From the human T2T-CHM13v2.0 reference genome, Homo sapiens: DNA of 64,000 nucleotides. The translations under genes and the position numbers were made by a program. Position 1 is the stretch's first letter; each line of letters opens with the position of its first letter. The notes beneath the pieces are model-generated. The model did not search any database. It had not been told where the DNA came from and worked only from the letters and a program-made list of their open reading frames with translations. The stretch lies in NCBI RefSeq assembly GCF_009914755.1, contig NC_060927.1; one strand, written 5' to 3'. This document shows, one piece after another, positions 1 to 10,545 of this stretch.

Positions 1-110
1 AAAATAAGATGCTTAGATTTTAGGTCAGGTGAGAGTTGAAGAGGTTTTAAGTTCTTAAGAACACAGGCTAAGGGAGAAGAAGGAGGAATGGAAGGTGGAA
101 GCTTGCCCAT
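1..110 (-). pseudogene. gag: HERV-H gag N-terminus (matrix), open to the window edge
   Basis: ATG at 110-108 gives MGKLPPSIPPSSPLACVLKNLKPLQLSPDLKSKHLI..., the typical HERV-H Gag start with Gly2. Only 36 codons are visible. Confidence 0.8.
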
Positions 111-207
111 AGTGAAGGAGGCAAGCACAGAGAAAAGAGAGGTGGATCTTTCTCATGGAGCAAAGAGCAAGAGGAGAGGGGATTGATCTCTCAAGGGATG
201 TCCCCCC

Positions 208-225
208 ATCCAAGTCACGGCACCA
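208..225 (-). promoter_or_regulatory. Primer-binding site, tRNA-His
   Basis: TGGTGCCGTGACTTGGAT two nt after the LTR end; one mismatch to the consensus TGGTGCCGTGACTCGGAT. Confidence 0.92.
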
Positions 226-227
226 AA

Positions 228-630
228 TTTCATGCGCATCCATGTGAAGAGACCACCAAACACGCTTTGTGTGAGCAATAAAGCTGTTTATTTCACCTGG
301 GTGCAGGCGGGCTGAGTCCGAAAAGAGGGTCAGCGAAGGGAGATAGGGGTGGGGCCGTTTTATAGGATTTGGGTAGGTAAAGGAAAAAGGGGGTTGTTCT
401 CTGGCGGGCAGGAGTGGGGGTCACAGGGTGGTCAGCAGGGGAGCTTTTGAACCAGGATGAGCCAGGAGAAGGAATTTCACAAGACAGTGTCATCAGTTAA
501 GGCAGGAACAGGCCATTTTCACTTCTTTTGTGGTGGAATGTCATCAGTTAAGGCAGGAACTGGCCATCTGGATGTGTACGTGCAGGTCACAGGGGATATC
601 ATGGCTTAGCTGGGGCTCAGAGGCCTGAGA
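228..630 (-). mobile_element. LTR7, the 5' LTR of HERV-H
   Basis: Minus strand TCTCAGGCCTCTGAGCCCCAGCTAAGCCAT...two TTCCTGCCTTAACTGATGACA repeats...TATAAAA (364-358), GGCCCCACCCC box (356-346), AATAAA (292-287)...GCGCATGAAA. The PBS follows, which identifies it as the 5' LTR. Confidence 0.95.
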
Positions 631-845
631 ATTATAGAGGCAGAGATTGGAGGGATGCTGTGGCAAACCAAAAATGCTGGCAGCCTCCAGGAGCTAGAAG
701 GAGCAAGGAATGAATTCTCCCCTAAAACCTCCAGGGGCGTGGCCCTACAAACACTTTCACCCATATAGTGAAATAATAAATTGGTCTTATCTTAAGCCAC
801 CACATTTGTGTTAATTTGTTGCAGCAGCCATAAAAAACTAATGCA
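631..845 (+). mobile_element. MLT1 (MaLR) LTR 3' portion, the HERV-H integration target
   Basis: AGAGGCAGAGATTGGAGGGATG...GGAGCTAGAAGGAGCAAGGAATGAATTCTCCCCTA...TAAGCCACC...TTTGTTGCAGCAGCC...AAACTAATGCA (MLT1B/C/D-like). Confidence 0.8.
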
Positions 846-1129
846 ACACTGTAGTCAAATTCACAGGTAAATAACTCTGAATTAGGCGGACTTCCTCATT
901 CATACCACATTTGTGCCAGATCTGTGAATAAACTTCTTTCCAATATTCATAGATTTCTCTTAGCAAGTTTTTCGTCTATATTGTTGGTACTACATAAATG
1001 AATCTTGTTTTGTACTACCTTTCATTAATTGTTTCATGTGTATTTTTTCTTTTATTCATTAGCCTATAATGTCCTATTGAACAGAACCTATTTTGATAAA
1101 GGTAGAAAGAAAATAATTTTTGAAGTCAA

Positions 1130-1295
1130 CTTTTCTTGGTTCTCAATTTCAGACCCTAAGCAAGATACTTAAAGTATTAAGCCCTCAGGTTTTTTATATA
1201 TAACACAGTGATAATAGTACCTATTGCGTAAAGGATTATTGCATAGACTAAACAAGAAACGCAGAGTACCTGGCTCAGAGTAAGAATCAGATAAA
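1130..1295 (+). mobile_element. MIR fragment
   Basis: Degenerate MIR core: CCTCAGGTTTT...ATAATAGTACCTA...CCTGGCTCAGAGTAAG. Confidence 0.5.
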
Positions 1296-1772
1296 ATTCC
1301 CTTTCTTCTTCTTACCCTGAGTAACAAGTGCATCCTTTGGCACTACCATACCTTTGGGTAAATACTGTACTTGCTTAGGACACACATATAATGAAAACTT
1401 TAAATTGAAATACTCTTAACATTTAATATTTACAGGGGGTACATATATTATTTATATATCAATGTTATACATTGGAGTGAAAGGGGACTTGGGAACACTT
1501 TATGTTCCCAAGGCTATGAGGGCTGAATGTTCTTTTTTGCCATATTATAAATCATTCTGCATGAAGAAGCAGTCAAAAACAATTGTTACTAACACTTTTA
1601 AATCTGATACTTTTTTGCAATCTGAACATAAGAAAGCAATCACTAGGAGGCTGGCTCCTTCAAATGTACGTAGATATGTGACATCTTTTTGGTGTGGTCT
1701 GGATGTTGCTATATGTCTTTGCATATGTTAGTAAGCAGCCTAACTAATTGTCAAGAATAGACACTAGAAATA

Positions 1773-1850
1773 TTAGGTTGGTGCAGAAGTAATTGTGGTT
1801 TATGCCATACTTTTATAGCAAAAACCGCAATTACTTCTGCACCAACCTAA
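1773..1850. mobile_element. MADE1 (Hsmar1-derived MITE)
   Basis: TTAGGTTGGTGCAGAAGTAATTG...CAATTACTTCTGCACCAACCTAA, a ~78-bp palindrome flanked by TA target duplications (1771-72, 1851-52). Confidence 0.95.
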
Positions 1851-2440
1851 TACAAATGACATTCCTGGGAAAAAATGCTATTTCTGGGCCTCATATTGAG
1901 CCATTTTCATAAGAAAGACACCATGAAAAAAATGAAAGTTAATTAGCTCAAAAGAAAGGTGGATTTAAAAGAAACCAAAATAATTAAGGGAAATAGAGTA
2001 ATATCCAATAGATATCTTGGTGACCCAGTGAGTCCAGGACAGGCTGGATAGGTAGAAAAGCCTAAGAATCTCAAAAGATAATATAAATACTTTTTTTTTT
2101 CTTGTAATCTCAATAGCAAGTGGCTCAGGGTATGCCCTGAGCTGCTGGATGGAACTAGTTCTTAGAGTTCATTAATTAATCTAATTTGCTGCTAGATACA
2201 CTGTGAGTTTGTCTTTCAGCCTTGCCAATGACACTCTTGTGTTGTCCTTGTTGGCCTGCAGATTCTGACCAGCAGCAAATGTGTGTCTATGTGTGTAAAT
2301 AAACCCTGGCCTATACCAGGAGTATCAGGAATAATATAACTAATTTATTGAGAAGATTGGTAAGGGAAAGTGTTTACTTTTTAAAGCGTTTCCCCTCTCT
2401 CTCTTTCTCTGTGTGTGTGTATTTACAGATTAAAAAGTTA

Positions 2441-2588
2441 CTAACACAGGAATAGAAAACCAAAACACCACGTGTTCTCACTCATAAGTGGGAGTTGAAC
2501 AATGAAAACACATGGACACAGGGAAGGGAACATCACACAGCGGGGCCTGTCAGGCGTTTGGGGGCTAGGGGAGGGAGAGCAAAGCATT
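2441..2588 (+). mobile_element. L1PA fragment (ORF2 end and start of 3'UTR), no poly(A)
   Basis: CAAAACACCACGTGTTCTCACTCATAAGTGGGAGTTGAACAATGAAAACACATGGACACAGGGAAGGGAACATCACAC...GGGGGCTAGGGGAGGG. Confidence 0.88.
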
Positions 2589-2659
2589 ATTTTCTTATAG
2601 TCCTCATCTGAATTAATCCATCCCCAGCTACCCCGTAACCCAAACTAGAAATCTGGAAC

Positions 2660-2855
2660 GTGGTTTAGTATAGCAAAGCCTTGGATAGCCTAGGTTTGAC
2701 TTCAACTTTTCATGACTTTGAATAACTTTGCCTCTCGGTGCCTCAGTTTCTCATATGTAAAATGAGAATATAATAGTGCATTTTAATGCATTCCAGGATT
2801 CTTGTGAGGATTAAATGAGAGTTTATATATTGAGTGTTTAAAATTCAATAAATGT
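2660..2855 (+). mobile_element. MIR
   Basis: GCCTCAGTTTCTCATATGTAAAATGAGAATATAATAG...TTGTGAGGATTAAATGAGA. Confidence 0.75.
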
Positions 2856-3160
2856 GTATCTTTATTCCTTTTTTATGCACTACATTCAGTCTGTAAGTTT
2901 ATCATTTTATTTTCTCTTATTGGATATTTCCTTCGCATCATTATCACTTCCTTGCTTCAAGTCCTTACAGCCTCTAGCTTTCCTGGATAACCTGTATCCA
3001 GTGTTTCCAAATTACTTCAACCATCTCTCTCCACTCTTCCCCTTTGTCATATCTCTTGTCTGGTGGTGTGTACTGCTGATGGAGTGTGTTTTCTTGATAT
3101 AAAATATTTTACATATTTATGGAATACATGTTAGTATTTGTTACATGTATAGAAAGTGTA

Positions 3161-3453
3161 AGCTGGGCGCAATGGCTCATGCCTGTAATCCCACACTTTG
3201 GGAGGCCGAGAAGGGCGGGTCACCTGAGGTCTGGAGTTCGAGATTAGCCTGACCAACATGGAGAAACCTCATCTCTACTAAAAAATACAAAATTAGCTGG
3301 GCATGGTGGTGCAGGCCTGTAATCCCAGCTACTTGGAGCTGAGGCGGGAGAATAGCTTGAACCTGGGAGGCAGAGGGTGCGGTGAGCCAAGATTGTGCCA
3401 TTGTACTCCAGCCTGGGTGACAGGGTGAGACTCAGTCTCAAAAAAAGAGAAAA
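3161..3453 (+). mobile_element. AluSp
   Basis: Dimeric Alu with CTGACCAACATGGAGAAACC and GCGGTGAGCC diagnostics; TSD AGAAAGTGTA / AGAAAATGTA. Confidence 0.92.
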
Positions 3454-6400
3454 AGAAAATGTATTGATCAAGTGAGGGGGTGTTTGGGATATCCATAACC
3501 TTAAGTATTTACCATTTCTATGTGTTGGTAACATTTCAAGTCCCTTCTTCTAGCTACTTGGAAATATACTATACAATATTGCTGACTATAATCACCCTAG
3601 TCTACTATCAAATAATGGGGTGATTTTTTCTATGTAACTATATGTTTATATTCACTAATCCACCTTTCTTTATCTCCCCTTTCCCCTTTCCCAACCTCTG
3701 GTATATATCATTCTACTTTCTAATTCTAGAAAATCAATATTTTAGCTTTCACATATGAGTAAGAAAATGTGGCATCTGTCTTTTGGTGTCATTTAAATAA
3801 TTAAATAAGTCATCTGACTTATTTAAATTAACATAATAACCTTCAAGTTCCACCCATATTGCTGCAAATAACATGATTTTATTCATTTCGATAGCCCAAT
3901 AGTATTTTGTTGCATATATATATACCACATTTTTAAATTTATTAATCCACCAATGACACTTGGGTTGATTCCATATCTTTGCTATTGTAAAGAGTGTTGC
4001 AATACCCTTTGGATATACAGATTTCTTTTCCTTTGGATAAATATCCAATAGTGGAATTGCTCGATAATAACATAGTATTAATTTTTTTTTTTTTTTAGAA
4101 AACTCCATACTGCTTTCCATAGTGGTTGTACTAAATTACATTCCCAACAGTGTACAAGAGTTCCCTTTTCTACTCATCCTTGACAGTACCTGTGCTTTTT
4201 TGTTGCTTGTTTTTTAAGTAATAGCCATTCTAACTGGGATAAAATGGTATTGCATTGTGGTTTTGATTTGCATTTCCCTAATGATTAGTGATGTTGAGTA
4301 TTTTTTCATATACCTGATAGCCATTTGTATGTCTTATTAAAAATTGTATTCATGTCCTTAACACACTTTTTAATGGGATTATTTGATATTGGTGGTTGAG
4401 TTGCTTTAGTTCCTTGTATATTCTGGATATTAATTCGTCCCTTGTCAGATAAATAGTTCGTAGAAGTTTCTCCCATTCAACAGGTTGTTTCTTTACTCTG
4501 TGCATTTTTTCCTTTGCTGTGAAGAAGGCTTTTAGTTTAATATAGTCCTATTTGTCTATTTTTGTTATAGCTGTCTGCCCTTTTGCAGTATTAGCCATGA
4601 AATATTTGCCAATGCCAATGTCTTAAAGCATTTTCCCTGTTTTTCCCTAGTAGTTTTATAGTTTTGGGTATTATATTTAAGTCATTCTTCTGCATATGGA
4701 TATCCAATTTTCCTGCCACCACTTTTTGCAAAGAATGTCCTTTCCCCCTTGTGTGTTCTTGGCAACTTTATATTTAAAAAAAAAAAAGTTGCTTGTAAAT
4801 GCATGGATTTATTTCCGGACTCTCTATTCTGTTCCATTTGTCTATGTGTCTATTTTTATACCAATACCATGCTGTTTGGGTTACAATAGACTTGTAATGT
4901 ATTTTGAAGTCAGGCAGGGTGATCCCTCCAGCTTTGTTCTTTTTTGTTCAGGTTTCCTTTGGCTATTTGAGCCCCTTTTTGTTTTCATACAAATTTTAGA
5001 ATTTTTTAAAATTTCTGTAAAAATAGAAAATATGTAGGGATTGCATTGAATCTGTATATTGCTTTGTGCACTATGGTCATTTTAACAATATTTATTCTTT
5101 TGATCCATAAGCATGGGATGTATTTCCATTTGTTTGTGCACTCTTCAATTTTTTTCATTAGTGTTTTGCAGTTTTCCTTGCAGATATTTTTCACCTCCTT
5201 AAATTTATTCCTAAGTATTTTATTTTTGGGAGCTGTTATAAATGGGGTTACTTTCCTGATTTCTTTATCATCTAGCTCATTATTAGTGTGTAGTGTATTG
5301 ACTTTTTATGTTGGTTTTATATTATGCAACTTTACTGAATTTATTAATTAAATCTACAAGGCTTTTGGTGGAGTTTTTAGTTTTTTCTAGATATCTGATT
5401 ATATCATTAGGAAAGAGGAACAATATGACTTCCTATTTTTCACTTTGGATGGCTTTTGTTTCTTTCTCTTGACTGATTGCTCTTACTAGGACTTCCAGGA
5501 CTATGTCAAATAGCAGTGGTGAAAGTGGGCATCTTTAACTTGTTCCAGTTCTTAGAGGAAATACTTTCAGTTTTTCCCCATTTAGTAGGATTTTGTCACA
5601 TATGGCCTTTATTATTTTGAGGCATATTCCTTCTGTTCCTAGTTTGTTGAGAATGTATATCATTTTTAAGTGATGTTGAATTTTATCAAATGCTTTTTCT
5701 GCATCTTTTGAGATGATCATATTATTTTGTTGATGTGATATATCTTGTTTACTAATTTGTATATGTTGAATAATCCTTGAATCCCCAGTATAAATCCAAG
5801 TTGGTTGTGGTGTATTATCTTTTTGGTGTGCTCTTGAATTCTGTTTGTTAGTATTTTGTTAAGGACTTTTTGCATCTGTGTTGGCCTATGGTTTTCTTTT
5901 TGTTGTGTTCTTGCCTGGTTTTTGTTGGCCTCATAGAATGAGTTATGGAGAGTTGCCTCTTCAATTTTTTGAAATAGTTTTAGGGGCATTGGTATTTTTT
6001 AAACATGTTTGGTAGAATTCGGCCATTAATCCATCCAGTTCTGGGCTACTTTTTGTTGGAAGACTTTTAGTATATGGTTCAATCTCACTACTTGTTATTG
6101 GTCTGTTCACGTTTTCTGTTTCCTCCTGATTCAGTCTTCGTAGATTTTATGTTTCAAGGAATGTATTAATTTCCTCTAGGTTCTCCTGTTTATTGGCATG
6201 TAGTTGCTCATAATAGACTCTCATAATCTTTTTAAATATTTCTCTGATATCAATTGTAATGTCTCATTTTTCATTTCTGATTTCTTTTATTTGGGTCTTC
6301 TCTCTTCTTTTATTTGTTAGTGTGGCTAGAGGTTTATAAATTTTGTTTATCTATCCAGAGACCCAATATTTTATTTGGTTTATCCTTTGTATTTTTAAAG

Positions 6401-7943
6401 TCTCTCTTATTTAGTTCTGCTGAGATGTTTATTATTTCTTTACTTCTAGTAATTTTGGTTTTTTTCTTAGCTTTTCTAGTTCCTTGAAGTACATTATTAG
6501 GTTGTTAATTTGAAATATTTCTACTTTTTTGATGTATGCATTTATTACTATAAACTTTTTTTTCACTTTTTTTGCTGGTTTCTACAGATATTGGCATATT
6601 GTGTTTTCATTTTCATTTGTTTCAAAAATTTTTTTATTTTCATCTTAATTCTTCATTAACTCAATGGTCATTCAGGAGCATGTTATATAATTTCCATGTA
6701 TTTGTATATTTTCCAAAGTTCCTCTTAGTGTTGATTTTTATTTTTATTCCATTGTGGTCTCAGAAGATACTTGATATAATTTTAAGTTTTTAAAAATTTG
6801 TTGATATTTGTTTTGTGGCCTATTATATGGTCTCTCCTAGAGAATGTTCAATGTGCTAATTAGAATAATGTATATTCTGCAATTGATTGAAAATTTTCTG
6901 TAAATGTCTATAATATCCATTTGGACTAGAGTCCATTTTAAATCCAATCCTTCTTTATTGATTTTCTGTCTAAATTGTCTATCTAATACTGACAGTGGGG
7001 TGTTGATATCCCTCACTATAGTTGTAGTAGATCTATCTCTCTTTTTATATCTAGTAATATTTGTGTTATGAATCTGAGTGTTCCAATGTTGGGTACATAT
7101 ATATTTAGAATTGCTATATCATGTTGCTAGATTGATCAATTTTTACATCATATAGTGACCGTCTTTGTCTTTTTTTAAACTGTTTTTGATTTATAATCTA
7201 TTTTACCTGATAAAATTATAGCTAATTCTGTTAGCTTTTGGTTTCCACTTGCATGGAATATCTTTTTCTATCCCTTTATTTGGAATCTATATGTGTATTT
7301 TCAAGTTAAATATGTTTGTTCTAGGATAGTTGGATCATTTTTCTTTATTCATTTTTCTCTGTCTTTCAAGTGAAGAATTTAATCCATTCATATTCAAGGT
7401 TAATATTGATATAAGAGGTTTTTTAAGTATCATATTGTTAATTGTTTTCTGGTTGTTTTGTATATTCTTTTTTCCTTTCTTTTTCTGTCATTGTTTGCCA
7501 TTGTAGGTTGGTGTTTTACTTTAGTAGTACCATTTAAGTCCTTTATGTCCCTCATTTGTGTATTTGGTTTATCACTGACTTTTATCCTTTCATGTGTTTT
7601 TATGACTATAATTCATCCTTTAGCTTTAACATTTTGAACTCCCTTGAATTTTTCTTAGAAGGCTAGTTTCAGGGTGATGAATTCCTTCAGCATTTGCTTA
7701 TCTGGAAAAGACTCAATTTCTTCTTCATTTATGAAGGATAATTTTGTTGGACATAATATTCTTGGGTGAAAGTTTTTTGTTTTCTTTTAGCACTTTGAAT
7801 ATGTCATCCCATTCTCTTCCTGCTTGTAAGGTTTCTGCTAAGAAATCCACTGTTATTCTGATGGGGGTACCTAGGTGCTTTTCTCTTGCTCTTTCTATTA
7901 TCCTTTATTTTGCTTTGACTTGAGACAGTTTGACTATAATGTG

Positions 7944-8315
7944 TGATATGGTTTGGCTGTGTCCCCACCCAAATTCTCATCTTGGAATTGTGATCCCCAT
8001 AATTCCCCAATGTCAAGGGCGGGATTACCTGATGGAGGTAATTGGATCATGAGGGTGGTTTCCTCCATGCTGCTCTCATGACAATGAGTGAGTCTCTTGA
8101 GCTCTGACGGTTTTTAAATATCTAGCATGTCCCCTGCTTGCAGTCACTCTCTCCTGTGAAGAAGGTGTCTGCTTCTCTTTTGCCTTCCGCCATGATTGTA
8201 AGTTTCCTGAGGCTTCCCCAGCCATGCTGAACTGTGAGTCAATGAAAACTTTTTCCTTTATAAATTACCCAATCTTGGATATTTCTTCATAGTAGTGTGG
8301 AAATGGAATAATACA
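7944..8315 (+). mobile_element. THE1D-like solo LTR (MaLR)
   Basis: TGATATGGTTTGGCTGTGTCCCCACCC...TTCTTCATAG...AATACA with a perfect 5-bp TSD ATGTG (7939-43, 8316-20). Confidence 0.9.
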
Positions 8316-9012
8316 ATGTGTGAAGGAGAAAACCTTTTTGTATTACATTTGTTTGGGGATCTTCGAATTTCTTGCATCTGGATGTCTAAGTTTCTTGCTA
8401 GAATTAGGAAGTTTTCATCTACTATTTCATTAAATATATTTTCTAACCTTTTTATTCTATGTCCTTAAGGACACCAATAATTCAAATATTCACTTGTTTT
8501 CTATTGTTGCCAATGTCATGAAGACTTTGCTCATTTTTTCTTTTTTCTTTGTTTTTATTGAATTGGATTATTTCAAAAGACCTATCCTCAAATTCTGAGA
8601 TTCTTTCTTCTGATTGATCTAATATATTGTTGAAACTTTCAAATGTATTTTATATTTCAATCAATGAATTATTTAATTCTAGAGTTTCTGTTCTTTTGTT
8701 TTAATATATATCTCTTTGGTAAACTTCTCATTAATATCCTGAATTGTTCTTATGATTTCTCTGTATTGCTATTTCAAATTCTTATGTATGTTGCTGAGTT
8801 TCTTTAAAATTAGAATTCTGAATTCTTTTTCTGGGATTTTGTAAATTTCTTTTTGATTAGGATATGTTGCTGTAGATTTATTTTTGGAGATATCATATTT
8901 CCTTGCTTCTCCATGTTTTCTGTGTACTTACATTAATATAAATGTATCTAATGTAAGAGTCACTTCTTCCAATTGTTGAATTTGCTTCTATAGGAAAGGA
9001 ATTTTTCCTGAA

Positions 9013-9016
<4 letters not shown>

Positions 9017-9066
<50 letters not shown>
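9017..9066 (+). repeat. (TG)25 microsatellite
   Basis: Uninterrupted TG run. Confidence 0.97.
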
Positions 9067-9069
<3 letters not shown>

Positions 9070-10545
9070 TATATAATCTTTGTATGATTTTTTAGCTGTA
9101 AATAGTGTCAGTGGTATCCAGGATTTTCTTTGTGGCTTAGGAGGTGTTTATTAGTGGAGGCTTGGTGAAGTTTTGCTGAGGACTAGGAAGCCAGGTGGGC
9201 CAGTCTTCAGGCCCCAGTGGTGGCAGCAGTAGGCTAAGTATGTCTGTCTTTGAGCCCCAGTGTGGCATACACTGGCATCATAATTAATGAGTCCATGGTT
9301 GCTGATTTTTGGGTTTCCAGGTGGCTTGTTCAGATGCTGGTAGTGGCAATGGTAGGCCAGGATTATGGGCAGGTTCTTGTGTCCCTGGACAGCAGGCATG
9401 ATATGGATGATGGCAGAAGAAGTAGTTGGGGGAACCCCCTGGTCTTTGCTGGTGGTGGTGTTGGCTGTGATGGGTTGAGTAGACCAGTCCCCTGGCCCTC
9501 TAGGAGTGCATGAAGATGGGTGCTAACTGTGTTAATATCAGCAGGTAGTGTTGTCCTGACCACAGACCCTGGGAGAAGTGTTCAGATGCCAACAGTGGTC
9601 AACTGGTAGGGGCAATCACCAGGTCCCTGGATCATATGCTTGAATATAGGGGGGTTGGGGCATGTAGGACTGGGCCAGTGGACTTGTTTCAGTCCCCATG
9701 GTCATGTGTTCAGGCACTGGCTGTGATAGGCAGTGACAGCATTATCCCCAATTTTCCAGCATAATACTCATGTATATTCAGTGGCAGCTGCACTGTGAGC
9801 CAACCAATGCAAAGGGCAGAGCCCCTCTCAGCAGAAGCAGGATAATCAGGTAGCTGTGGGATGTGAAGTTTCCCCATACTTTGATCCCACAGTGGCCTGC
9901 AGTAGCAACAGTGGGATTTGTCTCTGGGATGTGTGAAAGTGCCCAGTCTCACCTCTCTGTCCTTGGGCCTGTGGTGGTAGTGGCAGTGGCAGTTCTGGTC
10001 CCAGGGCAAAATAGATCTTCAGAGACTGAGGTCTCAGAATGGCACAGGCTGTGGTCCTGTCAATGGGGAGGGTGGAGCCAGTCTCAGTGGAAGCAGCATG
10101 GGTAGGTAGATGTTGGGAGTGTAGTTTGCTTGCATCTTGGTCCCACGGCAGCCCATAGCTGCAGAGGGGGGATTGTCCTCAGGGTGCATGAAGGTGCCTG
10201 GCCTCCCCCCTCATCCTTATCAGCAGTGGTGGCATCAGTTTCAGGGTAGGATGCAGTCCTTTAGGGGCTTGGCTCTCAGAATGGTGCCATGCTGAAGCTG
10301 CTCATGGCTCAAATGCCTGTGGGACTCAGCATGAGTTCCTTCCCTGAAGCAATGCCTCTGTGCATCTCTAGGCAGCTCTCTATGTTATCCTTGAGGCCCC
10401 TGTAGGTTGAGGGACTCTCCTGTAGCTAGAATTGTAGAAGTCCATGACAGGAATGTGGAGCCCTGGGGGCTGCTTACTTACCCTTTATTCATGTCTGGGA
10501 GTTTCTCCTAGCTCCCAACTATTCTCAGCTAAGCAGGATGCCATG

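Larger units (their letters stand above)
1..227 (-). mobile_element. HERV-H internal region (leader and gag start), continuing off the left edge
   Basis: Minus strand reads TTTGGTGCCGTGACTTGGATGGGGGGACATCCCTTGAGAGATCAATCCCC...AAAGATCCACCT-CTCTTTTCTCTGTGCTTGCCTCCTTCACTATGGGCAAG, matching the HERV-H leader and gag start directly after LTR7. Confidence 0.93.
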
